Shown here piece after piece: positions 16,779 to 25,806 of a DNA stretch of 44,704 nt; the first letter of the stretch is position 1, and each line of letters starts with the position of its first letter. The stretch spans positions 2,059 through 46,762 of the forward strand of contig CAYVDO010000006.1 in assembly GCA_964450125.1 (NCBI GenBank), read 5' to 3'. Source of the stretch: an uncultured bacterium (lineage in GTDB: Bacteria > JADJOY01). Under the pieces are notes generated by a model. That model did no database searches. It had not been told where the DNA came from and was given only the letters and a program-made list of their open reading frames with translations. The translations under genes were made by a program, and so were the position numbers.

Positions 16779-17797
16779 GGCTCTCCGCCGTCTTGGGCCA
16801 ACCCCATCCGTTGGCGGTGCTGAGCCGTTCGCTCACGACCGGCCGTCCGGCGCACGCGTACCTGCTCCACGGTCCCGATTCGGTGGGGAAGGAGCGCACC
16901 GCACGGGCCTTCGCAGCGAGCTTGCTCTGCACCGGCAGGGAGGGCATCGATGCCTGCGGCCACTGCGACTCGTGCCAACGGCTCGAGCGCGCGGTCCACG
17001 CCGACTTGAGCGTCGTGCTGCCCGAGGACCAGGCGATCGCACGGGGTGTGGCCACCAAGGCGGACTTCGACGGCAAAGCATCGAGCACGATCCGCGTGGC
17101 CACCATCCGCGAGCTCAACGCGTGGCTCGCCGCGCGACCGGTGGAGGGACCGACCCGGGTGGCGATCGTCGTCGACGCCCACCGCATCGGCCCCGAAGGC
17201 CAGAATGCGCTGCTCAAAACCCTCGAAGAGCCGCGCGCGGGACGATCGCTGGTCTTGGTGAGCTCGGCGCCGAGCGCCCTTCTCGCCACCTTGCGCAGCC
17301 GCTGCCAGAAGCTCAGGTTTGGCGCCCTCGATGCCGCGAGCCTGACGCGCATCCTCGAAACGCACCTCGGCACCTCGGTCGTCCCCTCGCAGGTCGCCCA
17401 GGCGATCGTCCGCGCCCAGGGGTCGGCGGCGCGCGCCATCGAGCTGGCGGGCGCAGGCAACCTCGAGCCGAATCGCTTCGAGCCGCGCCTCGCGAAGCTC
17501 GCGAGCGGCGGGATCCTCGAGGCGCTCGATCTGGCCCAGGAGGTGGATGGTGAACGCCCGGTAGCCGCGGAGCTTCTCGACGCGCTGGCGGAGCTGGTCG
17601 CAGAGCGAACGCGCGGAGAAGATGCCGAGGGCGTGATCGGCACCCTGTCGCGGCGCCGCGCCACCGACCTTCTCGACCAGGTCGGACGCTTGCGTCAAGC
17701 GGTGCTCACCAGCGCCAACGTCACGCTGGCCATCGAGGACGTGCTCTTGGGCCTGTGCGTGGAGCGTCCACCGCCGAGCCCCGCCCGTCCTCGCTGA
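16775..17797 (+). CDS. holB: DNA polymerase III subunit delta prime
   Basis: GTG start overlaps the holA TGA. Motifs: HAYLLHGPDSVGKERTA (degenerate P-loop), CGHCDSCQRL zinc module, and the clamp-loader box VAIVVDAHRIGPEGQNALLKTLEEP. Confidence 0.85.
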   Translation: MRLSAVLGQPHPLAVLSRSLTTGRPAHAYLLHGPDSVGKERTARAFAASLLCTGREGIDACGHCDSCQRLERAVHADLSVVLPEDQAIARGVATKADFDGKASSTIRVATIRELNAWLAARPVEGPTRVAIVVDAHRIGPEGQNALLKTLEEPRAGRSLVLVSSAPSALLATLRSRCQKLRFGALDAASLTRILETHLGTSVVPSQVAQAIVRAQGSAARAIELAGAGNLEPNRFEPRLAKLASGGILEALDLAQEVDGERPVAAELLDALAELVAERTRGEDAEGVIGTLSRRRATDLLDQVGRLRQAVLTSANVTLAIEDVLLGLCVERPPPSPARPR

Positions 17798-17835
17798 GCG
17801 TCCGGACGAGCGCGCGGAGCGTCGGTCGTCGCCGC

Positions 17836-19077
17836 TCAGAACATCTGCCCGAAGCGCAGGTACGTAAGCATGTCCTCTTCGTCGGAGAACCCGACGTCGA
17901 CCCGCGCCACCAGCCCGGACGAGAGGAAGAAGCGCATGCCTCCGCCCCAGCTCGCCTTCCAGTCGCGCACGACCTCCTTCGAGAACGCCTCTTCGGCGAG
18001 GTACACCCGGCCAAAATCGCCGAACCCCACGGCATCGATCGTGACCTGCCAGATGTCGAAGAAGTCGAAGGCGGCCAGTTTCACGCGCAGCTCGGTGTTG
18101 ACCAGCGCGCTGCCTCGGCCGAGGAAGCGATCGGGGAAGAAGCCGCGCAACGTATCGGCACCACCCAGGCTGGGATAGGCCCAGAACGGGATCTCGCTCG
18201 GAACCCCTTCCACGTATTGCGCCCGTGCACGTCCGGCGAGCACCACCCAATCGCGGTAGACGTCCAGCCGGCGCGCCAGCTCGGCGCTGTAGAACGTGTA
18301 GTTGAACGCGTTGTCGAGGCTCGGCCCGACCTCCTCCACGAACGCACCGAGATGCCACCCGTCGATGGGACGAAGCTCGTCGGGTGTGTCGTCGTAGACG
18401 AGGTCGAGACGCAGGATCCGCACCTGGCCTCCTCGCACTCCCGTCAGCTCCGGGAAGCGCTCGCGCGTGGCGGTGGGATGAGCGCCGTCGTGCCGGGGAC
18501 GCCCGAGATCCACCTGACGAATCTCGGCGCTGAAGGCGTAATGGAGCTTGGGCGTGAGCCAGACCCCCAACGCGAGACGTGCGGACGCGTCCTGGAAGAG
18601 ATGGGTCGACGCCGCGTCCGGCCCCTCCGAGTCGTTGCCCAGTCCGAAGAACTCCTTCCCGGGATCGGACTCCCAGGCCACGGCCGCAGCCAACGAGAAG
18701 CGTGAGCCGAAGAGGTGCGGATCTTCGACGGCGATGCGCGCGAATTGCTGCTGCTCCAGCGCGTAGCTGCCCTGCAGGTCGAGCGCCGCGCCCCGACCGA
18801 AGAGATCGCTCTCGCGGAACTTGGCGCCGCCGGAGAAGCTGGTTTCGGGGCTGTACCCGACGATCGGCAACAGCGCCCAAGTGATGCCTTTGCTTTCCTC
18901 CCCGGCAGCGCGTTCTTCGGCCTGAGCCAGCGCAGCCCGAGAGATCCCCAGCGTGAACGCGATGGCGAGAGTGACTCGGCGAGCGAGCCGCCGCGCTGCT
19001 GCGAACCGGTAGCACCCAGCCACGCACAACCCGCGGTCCCGGCGTGCGCACCTCACACGGCCCCGTTCACGCAACAT
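17836..19077 (-). CDS. Omp85/BamA-family outer-membrane beta-barrel protein without recognisable POTRA domains
   Basis: Signal-like VTLAIAFTLGISRAALAQA. The barrel ends in the typical aromatic terminus ...DMLTYLRFGQMF and has the surface-antigen-type pattern (GGADTLRGF). The ATG at 19077 overlaps the miaA end by 11 nt. Alternative starts are TTG/GTG near 19029/19023. Confidence 0.8.
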   Translation of the reverse strand: MLRERGRVRCARRDRGLCVAGCYRFAAARRLARRVTLAIAFTLGISRAALAQAEERAAGEESKGITWALLPIVGYSPETSFSGGAKFRESDLFGRGAALDLQGSYALEQQQFARIAVEDPHLFGSRFSLAAAVAWESDPGKEFFGLGNDSEGPDAASTHLFQDASARLALGVWLTPKLHYAFSAEIRQVDLGRPRHDGAHPTATRERFPELTGVRGGQVRILRLDLVYDDTPDELRPIDGWHLGAFVEEVGPSLDNAFNYTFYSAELARRLDVYRDWVVLAGRARAQYVEGVPSEIPFWAYPSLGGADTLRGFFPDRFLGRGSALVNTELRVKLAAFDFFDIWQVTIDAVGFGDFGRVYLAEEAFSKEVVRDWKASWGGGMRFFLSSGLVARVDVGFSDEEDMLTYLRFGQMF

Positions 19078-20032
19078 CTTCGGCGCATCGCGGATCGCGT
19101 CCCGTGAGGATGTCGCCGACCTGACGCACGATCGCGACCCGATCGGCGTCCGGATGATGGACACGCTCGCCAGCGCCGGGTCTGAACCACGCCCGCTGAC
19201 GGCGCGTGAATCGACGGGTGGCGAGCGCGATCGCCGCGATGGTGGCCTCGGCCCGATCGCCGACGGCCCCGCCGCCGTTCCCGAGATGCTCCCACACCTC
19301 GCGATAGCCGAGCGCGTTGAGCGCCTTGGCATCGCGCCCGAGGCCACTGGCGCGGAGCGACGCGATCTCGTCGAGGAAGCCGCCCTTCCACATCGCGCGC
19401 ACCCGCAGCTCGATGCGCGCATCGAGCTCGGCCCGTTCGCGATCGATCAACACGCGCACCATCCGCGGGCGCGACGTCTCCGCGGCGCGGAACGTACTGA
19501 GCGCCCGTCCCGTCTGACGATACACCTCGAGCGCGCGCAACACGCGCACGACGTCGTTGGGATGGAGGCGCCGAGCGGACACCGGATCGACGGCGCGCAG
19601 CACCTCGTGGAGCGCCGCTCCCCCCCGCTGGTCGAGCTCCGCCCGAACCTCCGCGCGGATCGTGGGGTCGGGGCTCGGCAGATCGGGCAAGCCTGCGGCG
19701 AGGGCGCGCACGTAGAAGCCGCTGCCACCGACGATCAGCGCCGGACGCCCACGTGACGCGATGTCCGCGAGCGCCACTTCCGCCAGCCGCCGAAAGGTAC
19801 CGGCGTCGAAGTCCTGATCGGGCTCGACCACGTCCACGAGGTGGTGGCGAACGCGCGCCTGCTCGCCGGCGGTGGGCTTGGCGGTGCCCACGTCCATGTG
19901 CCGATACACCTGGCGCGAATCGGCCCCCACGATCTCCGCACCGAAGCGCTCCGCGAGCTCGACGGCGAGCTCGGTCTTTCCCACGGCCGTCGGACCGCAG
20001 ATGACGATCGCCGCCGAGTGCATGCTGGTCAT
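19067..20032 (-). CDS. miaA: tRNA dimethylallyltransferase
   Basis: Start MTSMHSAAIVICGPTAVGKTELAVELA (P-loop), followed by ...GADSRQVYRHMDVGTAKPT. Its ATG overlaps the mutL TGA (ATGA at 20029-20032). Confidence 0.95.
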   Translation of the reverse strand: MTSMHSAAIVICGPTAVGKTELAVELAERFGAEIVGADSRQVYRHMDVGTAKPTAGEQARVRHHLVDVVEPDQDFDAGTFRRLAEVALADIASRGRPALIVGGSGFYVRALAAGLPDLPSPDPTIRAEVRAELDQRGGAALHEVLRAVDPVSARRLHPNDVVRVLRALEVYRQTGRALSTFRAAETSRPRMVRVLIDRERAELDARIELRVRAMWKGGFLDEIASLRASGLGRDAKALNALGYREVWEHLGNGGGAVGDRAEATIAAIALATRRFTRRQRAWFRPGAGERVHHPDADRVAIVRQVGDILTGRDPRCAEDVA

Positions 20033-21903
20033 CGACGGCCCACGCGGCGCTCGATCTCCCCGAGCGGAAGCTCCAGGATCACGTTGCGGCCGTGCGGACA
20101 GTTGCCTCGGAAATCGGTCCGATCGAGAGCGCGCAAGAGCTCGCGCATCTCGTCGAGCGAAAGCACGCGGCCGGCGCGCACCGAGCCGTGGCACGCCATG
20201 CGCCCGAGCACGTCCTCGATCGCCGCCGACGAGGGCGTACCCGGGGCTCCGCTCGCGCCCTCGTCGGCATCGAGCAGCTCGCTCACCAGCCGCTTGAGCT
20301 CGCCGTGCTGCACCAGCAACGCGGGAATGTGCTTCACGAGCACCGTACCACCGCCGAACGGCTCGAGGCAGAAGCCGAGACGCTGGAGCAGCGGCGCGCG
20401 CTCGGCGGCGAGCTGTGCTCGCGCCGGGCCGACCTCGACCGACTCGGGGATGAGAAGCTCCTGCACGGTCACCGAGCCGCCCAGCCACTGGCCCCGCAAC
20501 CGCTCGAAGGTGACCCGCTCGTGGGCCGCATGCTGATCGATCAACACCAATCCGGCGGCGCCCTCGCAGACGAGATACGTACGGTGGAGCTGACCGATCG
20601 GCCGCAACGAGCCGAAGAACCCGCTGCCCGCGGACTCTGCGGGAAGCGGGGCGTCACGCGGCGCGGCCTCTTGAAGCGCCCCCGGCCTCGCGACGGGCGG
20701 ATCTGGCGCGGGGCGCTCGCGCAAGCTCCAACCCGGCAGATCACGACCGACGAAGGCCGCGAAGCCTTCCGCGGGGCGCGGATCCACCACGTCCACGGAC
20801 GCGCCGGCGAACGGCACGCGATCCGCAGGTTCTTCCTTCGCGGCGATCTCTCCGCGACCACCCTCGAAGGGCGCCGCGACGTCGGGGCCACTCACCGCTC
20901 CGCCGATCCACGGCGCCATCTTGAGCCCGTCGCGCACGGCGTGATGCACCAGACGATGGATCGCCGCGGCATCGCGAAAGCGCACCTCGGTCTTCGCGGG
21001 ATGGACGTTGACGTCCACGGCGTCGAGTGGAACGTCGAGGCGCAGCACCACGATCGGGTACCGCCCCCCGGGATTGAGCGAGCCGTAGCCGCTCAGCACC
21101 GCGTGGATGAGCCCACGATCCCGGATCACGCGCCCATTCACGTCCACGTAGTGGGCGCTCGCCGTGGGGCGCGTGACGCCCGGCTTGGCGATGAGGCCGT
21201 GTAACGCAGCCTCACCTTCCATACCGTCCACTTGGTACATCGACACGGCGACGTCGCGGCCCAACACCGCCAGCACGCGGTCCGCGAGTGTCGATGCCGC
21301 GGGCGCTTCGAGAAGCACGCGACTCTCGTGGACGAGCGAGAAGCTCGCTGCCGGCCGCGCCAACGCCAGCCGCTGCATCCAATCGGCAACGTGGCGCAGC
21401 TCCGTGGCATCGGCCTTGAGGAATGCGCGTCGCGCCGGAGTGTTGAAGAAGAGATCGGAGATCACGACGCGGGTGCCGGGAGGTGCGCCCGCCTCGCTCT
21501 GCGTGACGATCCTGCCGCCCTCCACGCGAATGCGATGGCCAGCGAGATCGCTACCGCGGCGGCTCACGATCTCGAGCCGGGATACCGCCGCAATGGAAGG
21601 CAACGCCTCGCCGCGAAACCCGAGAGTCGCGATGGCGTCGAGATCCTCGGCGCTCGCGAGCTTGCTGGTCGCGTGGCGCGTCAACGCGAGCGCCAGCTCC
21701 TCGCCGGTCATGCCGCTGCCATCGTCCGTGACCTGAATCCACTCCTTGCCGCCGCCGCTCAGCTCGACGGAGACTCGCGTCGCTCCGGCGTCGAGCGCGT
21801 TCTCGACCAGCTCTTTGACCACCGAGAACGGCCGCTCGACCACCTCGCCGGCGGCAATCCGGTTCACGAGGTCGTCGGGCAGGACGCGGATGCGTGAGGT
21901 CAC
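20029..21903 (-). CDS. mutL: DNA mismatch repair endonuclease MutL
   Basis: GTG start at 21903 gives VTSRIRVLPDDLVNRIAAGEVVERPFSVVKELVENALDAGA (GHKL ATPase N-terminus). The C-terminal dimerisation/endonuclease region is present (IDQHAAHERV). The start overlaps the upstream stop (GTGA). Confidence 0.95.
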   Translation of the reverse strand: MTSRIRVLPDDLVNRIAAGEVVERPFSVVKELVENALDAGATRVSVELSGGGKEWIQVTDDGSGMTGEELALALTRHATSKLASAEDLDAIATLGFRGEALPSIAAVSRLEIVSRRGSDLAGHRIRVEGGRIVTQSEAGAPPGTRVVISDLFFNTPARRAFLKADATELRHVADWMQRLALARPAASFSLVHESRVLLEAPAASTLADRVLAVLGRDVAVSMYQVDGMEGEAALHGLIAKPGVTRPTASAHYVDVNGRVIRDRGLIHAVLSGYGSLNPGGRYPIVVLRLDVPLDAVDVNVHPAKTEVRFRDAAAIHRLVHHAVRDGLKMAPWIGGAVSGPDVAAPFEGGRGEIAAKEEPADRVPFAGASVDVVDPRPAEGFAAFVGRDLPGWSLRERPAPDPPVARPGALQEAAPRDAPLPAESAGSGFFGSLRPIGQLHRTYLVCEGAAGLVLIDQHAAHERVTFERLRGQWLGGSVTVQELLIPESVEVGPARAQLAAERAPLLQRLGFCLEPFGGGTVLVKHIPALLVQHGELKRLVSELLDADEGASGAPGTPSSAAIEDVLGRMACHGSVRAGRVLSLDEMRELLRALDRTDFRGNCPHGRNVILELPLGEIERRVGRR

Positions 21904-23933
21904 GGAGACCCACCCTCGTCGCGTTTCGCGCGCTCCCGCGGACAGGCCTGGATGAGCTCGTCCAACCCAGCTGCCCACCCCAAGCCCGATTTCCAGGGTC
22001 CGAGGACTCCGGCGCTGCGTTGCCACCAATCGCTCGCTTCCTCGCAACGTAACCTGGCCGCTTGCCAGCCCGCGTAACGGGCGACGGGAAGAATCGCTTC
22101 CTCGAAGTCGTCCATCTCGCGAAGCCAATGGCGCCGCGCGCCACCGATTCGAAAGCTCGCGAGCCACGCTTCGAGTGTCCGTTCCGTGCCGGGTGCTGGC
22201 ACGAGGTCCGCTTCGCCCCCCCCGCCGACGTAGCCGAAGAGCAGGCCCTCGGGACGCACTCGGAAGAAGAGGTCGTCCGCCTCGGACTGCCAGGCGATCG
22301 GCCGTCCGCGGCGCTGATTGAGATCGAGGAAGGCGCGCATGTGCACCACCCGATCGGCTCGCGTCACGAGCTCTCCCGTGTCGGGCACCGCCACGTCGGG
22401 GACGCGTCCCGGATCGAGGCGCATCCGCTGGGTCTCGTAGACCTCGTTGCGAAACACCACGTCCACGTCGGTGCGGTAGCCCTCGACCTCACGCAGGTAG
22501 CCGAAGAGCGGCCACAGATGCGCCGCCAACAGAATGGTGTCGGGCGGCAACGGCCGGACCATCGCGCGGGTCAGGTCGTCGGAGCGGAAGTCGTCGGCGT
22601 AGGCACGCAGCGCTTCATCGTCTCCCGCGAGGCGCGCCACGCCTGGGACGAACGCCAAGGCGGCGATCGCCATCTGCGCGAGCGTTCCTCGTGAGCCCGT
22701 CAGCGATGCAATCACTCCGCCGATGGGCACGCATGCCAGCGCGCCCGCCAGCAAGTAGATCGGGTTGTAGCCCGTGGGGTTCGCCCACTTGCCCACGGGA
22801 ATCGCGAACGCCAGGTGGGCGACCACCAACGCCACGACCACCCAAGCTGCCGCCGATGCCCGTCGGAAGAGCAGCGCGAGCCCGGCTAGCGCCAGTGCCT
22901 CGCCGAGCCAGCCGACCTGATCGCGGACGTAACCGTGGATCATCCCACTCCACATGGACACCGACGAGAACCGCTCGCGCAATGCCCGTCCGAGGCCGCG
23001 CTGCGGGTTCTCGGTGGCCGCCACGGAAGGAGTGGCCGACGAGGCCCCGCCCTCCGTCGCCGACGTGTGCGCGGCCTCGTTCGACTGCTCGCCGTGATGC
23101 TCCCAATCCTTCTGGTCGGTGAGGTGGTAACGCAACCGATCCAGCGTCACCGCGTCTCCCCAGTTGATGGACGGACGGGCCGCGGCTCGCACCGGTACGT
23201 ACGTGAACACCGCACCGCCCACGAGCACCAGGCTCGCCACCACGGCGGAGGCGCGTGGCGAGATGGCGGCGCGTTCACGCACGACCCACCACGAGAGCAC
23301 CGCCACGAGATCGAAGGCGAACGACACGTGAACACCGGTAGCCAGCGCGTTCGCCAAGACCAGCGCCGCGACCGGCCGCACGTCCCCTCGGCTACCCGGA
23401 CGCAGCGCGACGTCGAGCCACGCGAGCGCGATCCAGCCTGTAACCAGCGCCTGCAGCGCGTAGACCTCGGCTGTCGCGGCGTGCTCGCGGTAGATGGGCG
23501 AGCCGAGAAGCACGAACGGCGCGAGCAACGACACGAATGCGCGCACCGAGGTCGCGACGTTGGGCCACGCGATCGCGAGCAACGCGGCAGCCAGCCGGTA
23601 CGCAACAGCCAGCGCCACTGCCGCCGCAAGACACGAGAGTAGATTCACGCGCCAGGCGATCGCCCCGACCGGCACGAGTGCCACGAGCCGCCCCAGCATC
23701 ACCGGTAGCGGTGATCCCGGCGGGTGCGGCACTCCCAGGCTCGCCGCCGCCCACTGGAATTCAGCGACGTCGCGCCACGCACCGGAGGGTGCGACCCCGA
23801 GAACCAACACGGCGAAGCCCAACACCAGCACCGCGGCGGCGCCCAGCGTCACCATCGCCGAGCGCGAGCACGCTCCCAGGCGCGCCGCGGCGACACCGCT
23901 GTCCCCGTACCCGGCGCGCTCTCGCTGCTCCAA
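21900..23933 (-). CDS. DUF2723/TMEM260-like GT-C fold membrane glycosyltransferase (putative)
   Basis: The multi-pass N-terminal half carries the family-typical WRDVAEFQWAAASLGVPHPPGSPLPVMLGRL motif (D/E-x-x-E-f ... HPPGxPL). A large soluble C-terminal domain follows. TTG start at 23933; the ATG at 23855 (MVTLGAAAVLVLG) is an equally plausible start. Confidence 0.8.
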   Translation of the reverse strand: MEQRERAGYGDSGVAAARLGACSRSAMVTLGAAAVLVLGFAVLVLGVAPSGAWRDVAEFQWAAASLGVPHPPGSPLPVMLGRLVALVPVGAIAWRVNLLSCLAAAVALAVAYRLAAALLAIAWPNVATSVRAFVSLLAPFVLLGSPIYREHAATAEVYALQALVTGWIALAWLDVALRPGSRGDVRPVAALVLANALATGVHVSFAFDLVAVLSWWVVRERAAISPRASAVVASLVLVGGAVFTYVPVRAAARPSINWGDAVTLDRLRYHLTDQKDWEHHGEQSNEAAHTSATEGGASSATPSVAATENPQRGLGRALRERFSSVSMWSGMIHGYVRDQVGWLGEALALAGLALLFRRASAAAWVVVALVVAHLAFAIPVGKWANPTGYNPIYLLAGALACVPIGGVIASLTGSRGTLAQMAIAALAFVPGVARLAGDDEALRAYADDFRSDDLTRAMVRPLPPDTILLAAHLWPLFGYLREVEGYRTDVDVVFRNEVYETQRMRLDPGRVPDVAVPDTGELVTRADRVVHMRAFLDLNQRRGRPIAWQSEADDLFFRVRPEGLLFGYVGGGGEADLVPAPGTERTLEAWLASFRIGGARRHWLREMDDFEEAILPVARYAGWQAARLRCEEASDWWQRSAGVLGPWKSGLGWAAGLDELIQACPRERAKRDEGGSP

Positions 23934-24042
23934 CCTCAGGGCCCCTCCGTTGAGCGCCTCGACACTCTCGCCGAGGCCGATGCACAGGCCGCCTTATAGC
24001 AGACGCACTCGCCGTCGCTGGGCTGGGCCTCGGCGGTGCATC

Positions 24043-24083
24043 ATCGAAAACGAAGCGGCCCTCCCACACCGTGGGAGGGCCGC
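24043..24083 (-). terminator. rho-independent terminator of the OmpA-family gene
   Basis: 13-bp perfect stem gcggccctcccac (24055-24067) / gtgggagggccgc (24071-24083) with a 3-nt loop. On the minus strand it is followed by TTCGTTTTCGAT. It sits 24 nt after the stop at 24108. Confidence 0.75.
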
Positions 24084-24107
24084 CGAGAACGTCAGATTCG
24101 AATCAGG

Positions 24108-25550
24108 TCACGGATGCGGCGTCGGAATCGGCGCCGTGACACCCGGCAGACCACGCGAGGGCTCGCCACCCTCGGGGGTGATGACCACCTCGACGCGCCG
24201 GTTCACGCTCCACGCCCACTCGCCCTTCGCCGGGATGAGCGGCGACTTCTCGCCGTAGCTCTTGGTGCTGAGCACCGTCGCCGGCACGCCGAACTTGATG
24301 AGGGCGGCCTTGACCGTGTCCGCGCGACGGGTGCCGAGCTTGTCGTTGTAGGCGTCGGAGCCGCGCTCGTCGCAGTGTCCGTCGATCTCGACCGACTTGA
24401 CCTTCTTGCCCTTGATGTACTGGGCCAGGAGGTAGACCTTGCCGGTACCGAGCGGGGTCAGGTTGTGCTTGTCGAACGCGAAGTTCACGTCCGGCAGGAT
24501 GAAGCGCTCCTTCTCGACCACACGCTCGACGATCTTCTCGACGGGGGCCGCAGGTGCCGGCGCCTCGACCACCGGCCGCGACACGGGGCCTGCATAGGTC
24601 AGCGCCACGATGCCGCGATAGTCGTCTACGGCCTTGGAGATGCCGAAGTCCACGCCGCCGGCGATGCCGAGGCCGTTGCCGACGCCGTAGCGCGCACCGG
24701 CGAACACCGAGAGCGGATCGTCGTCAGCGTTCGACAGATCGTTGGTCTCGCCATGCACGACGCCTTCGAGCGCCAGCTTCTCGCCCGGCAGGTAGTAGTT
24801 GCCGTAGATCGGCAGCTCGAGGCCGCCATGGTACGAGAGCGTCGAGTCCACCTTCTCGCTCGGACCGGCGCCGGTCTGGCTACCGAGGATGAAATTGCCA
24901 GCCGCACCCGCCGTGAGGAGGATGGGGCCCTGGAAGACGTACTCGCCCTTCCGGCCGAGGTCGATCGGCAGGTCGATCAAACCGCCAACCGAGATCACGT
25001 CGCGCTCGAGACCTTCGCCGCCGATCAGCGAGTCGATGTTGTCGCGGTAATCGACGCGGCCCGTCGTACCGAAGCGGTAGGTCACGAGCGCGGCCACGTC
25101 GATCGGGGCGATCTCGTCGCCATCACCGAGCAGCTTGCCGTCCTTCAGGATCGCGACCTTGGCGCTGGCCGCCACGTCGCCGATGCCCTTGTGCTCGCCG
25201 TTCGGCTGGCCAAGCTCCTCGCGGTTCGCGTTCCACACGAACGGCAGCCGCGCGCTCACTTCCAACCAATCGAGCAGGCCTACCGCCGCCACCAGCCGCA
25301 ACTCGTTGACGTGCGAGATGGTGTCGCGCAGGTTGGCATCCTGAATGCGCATGTCCGCGATCGCACCCAGCGAGAACTTGAACTGATCCAGGGTGCTCGC
25401 GGTGGGCACCAGGATCAGACCGCTCGGGCCGGCAAAGCTCGGATGCGGCTGAATCGCATCTTCCTCGGCGTGCGCGGGCCGGAAAGCCGAGGCCGTGAGC
25501 GCCAACACGAGGCCGAGCACCACGGAATGGCTACGCCAGAACCGTTTCAT
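24108..25550 (-). CDS. OmpA-family outer-membrane protein (N-terminal beta-barrel/porin-like domain plus C-terminal OmpA peptidoglycan-binding domain)
   Basis: ATG at 25550 is preceded by AAGGAG 8 nt upstream. Signal peptide MKRFWRSHSVVLGLVLALTASAFRPAHA. C-terminal OmpA domain: FAFDKHNLTP...VEIDGHCDERGSDAYNDKLGTRRADTV...NRRVEVV. Confidence 0.9.
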   Translation of the reverse strand: MKRFWRSHSVVLGLVLALTASAFRPAHAEEDAIQPHPSFAGPSGLILVPTASTLDQFKFSLGAIADMRIQDANLRDTISHVNELRLVAAVGLLDWLEVSARLPFVWNANREELGQPNGEHKGIGDVAASAKVAILKDGKLLGDGDEIAPIDVAALVTYRFGTTGRVDYRDNIDSLIGGEGLERDVISVGGLIDLPIDLGRKGEYVFQGPILLTAGAAGNFILGSQTGAGPSEKVDSTLSYHGGLELPIYGNYYLPGEKLALEGVVHGETNDLSNADDDPLSVFAGARYGVGNGLGIAGGVDFGISKAVDDYRGIVALTYAGPVSRPVVEAPAPAAPVEKIVERVVEKERFILPDVNFAFDKHNLTPLGTGKVYLLAQYIKGKKVKSVEIDGHCDERGSDAYNDKLGTRRADTVKAALIKFGVPATVLSTKSYGEKSPLIPAKGEWAWSVNRRVEVVITPEGGEPSRGLPGVTAPIPTPHP

Positions 25551-25613
25551 CGTGATCACTCCTTCGACAGGTGGGTGGAGATCACCCGTTCATTCGCAGT
25601 CAAACGCAGGTTG

Positions 25614-25642
25614 AATCTATGTCGTGCCGCTCCCGATGTCAA
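25614..25642 (-). promoter_or_regulatory. sigma70-type promoter of the OmpA-family gene (TTGACA-17 nt-TAGATT) with an upstream T-run
   Basis: Minus strand reads gctttttttgTTGACAtcgggagcggcacgacaTAGATTcaacc. The -35 is at 25642-25637 and the -10 at 25619-25614, with an exact 17-nt spacer. It lies in the only locally AT-richer stretch of the window. Confidence 0.6.
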
Positions 25643-25806
25643 CAAAAAAAGCTGAGCGTGCGGGTAGTTCGGGTCGGGAAATAGCACAATTATGCAATGC
25701 GTCATAGCGGATTCTCACGACGGTGTCAGCCCCAGATCGCAACCGTGTTGCATCCAGCGGGTGCGTCGTGGGCTGGTCGCCCCCGCTGGCGCACCCACCC
25801 CGAGGA

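Noticed and set aside
17798-17835. Bidirectional terminator in the 38-nt gap between convergent holB and the Omp85 gene
   Set aside because: Only short, imperfect inverted repeats are present (5-bp gagcg/cgctc; ccggacg vs cgtcgg with a bulge), which is not convincing by eye.
24091-24107. ttcgaatc string resembling a tRNA T-loop
   Set aside because: It sits directly against the OmpA-gene stop codon, and no flanking stems form a cloverleaf.
25643-25650. Run of seven T (minus strand) as a rho-independent terminator tail for lpxK
   Set aside because: No GC hairpin immediately precedes it. It abuts the -35 box of the OmpA-gene promoter and fits an UP-element-like A/T tract better. A weak 8-bp stem (25754-25761 / 25782-25789) nearer lpxK is the only terminator-like structure, and it lacks a U tract.
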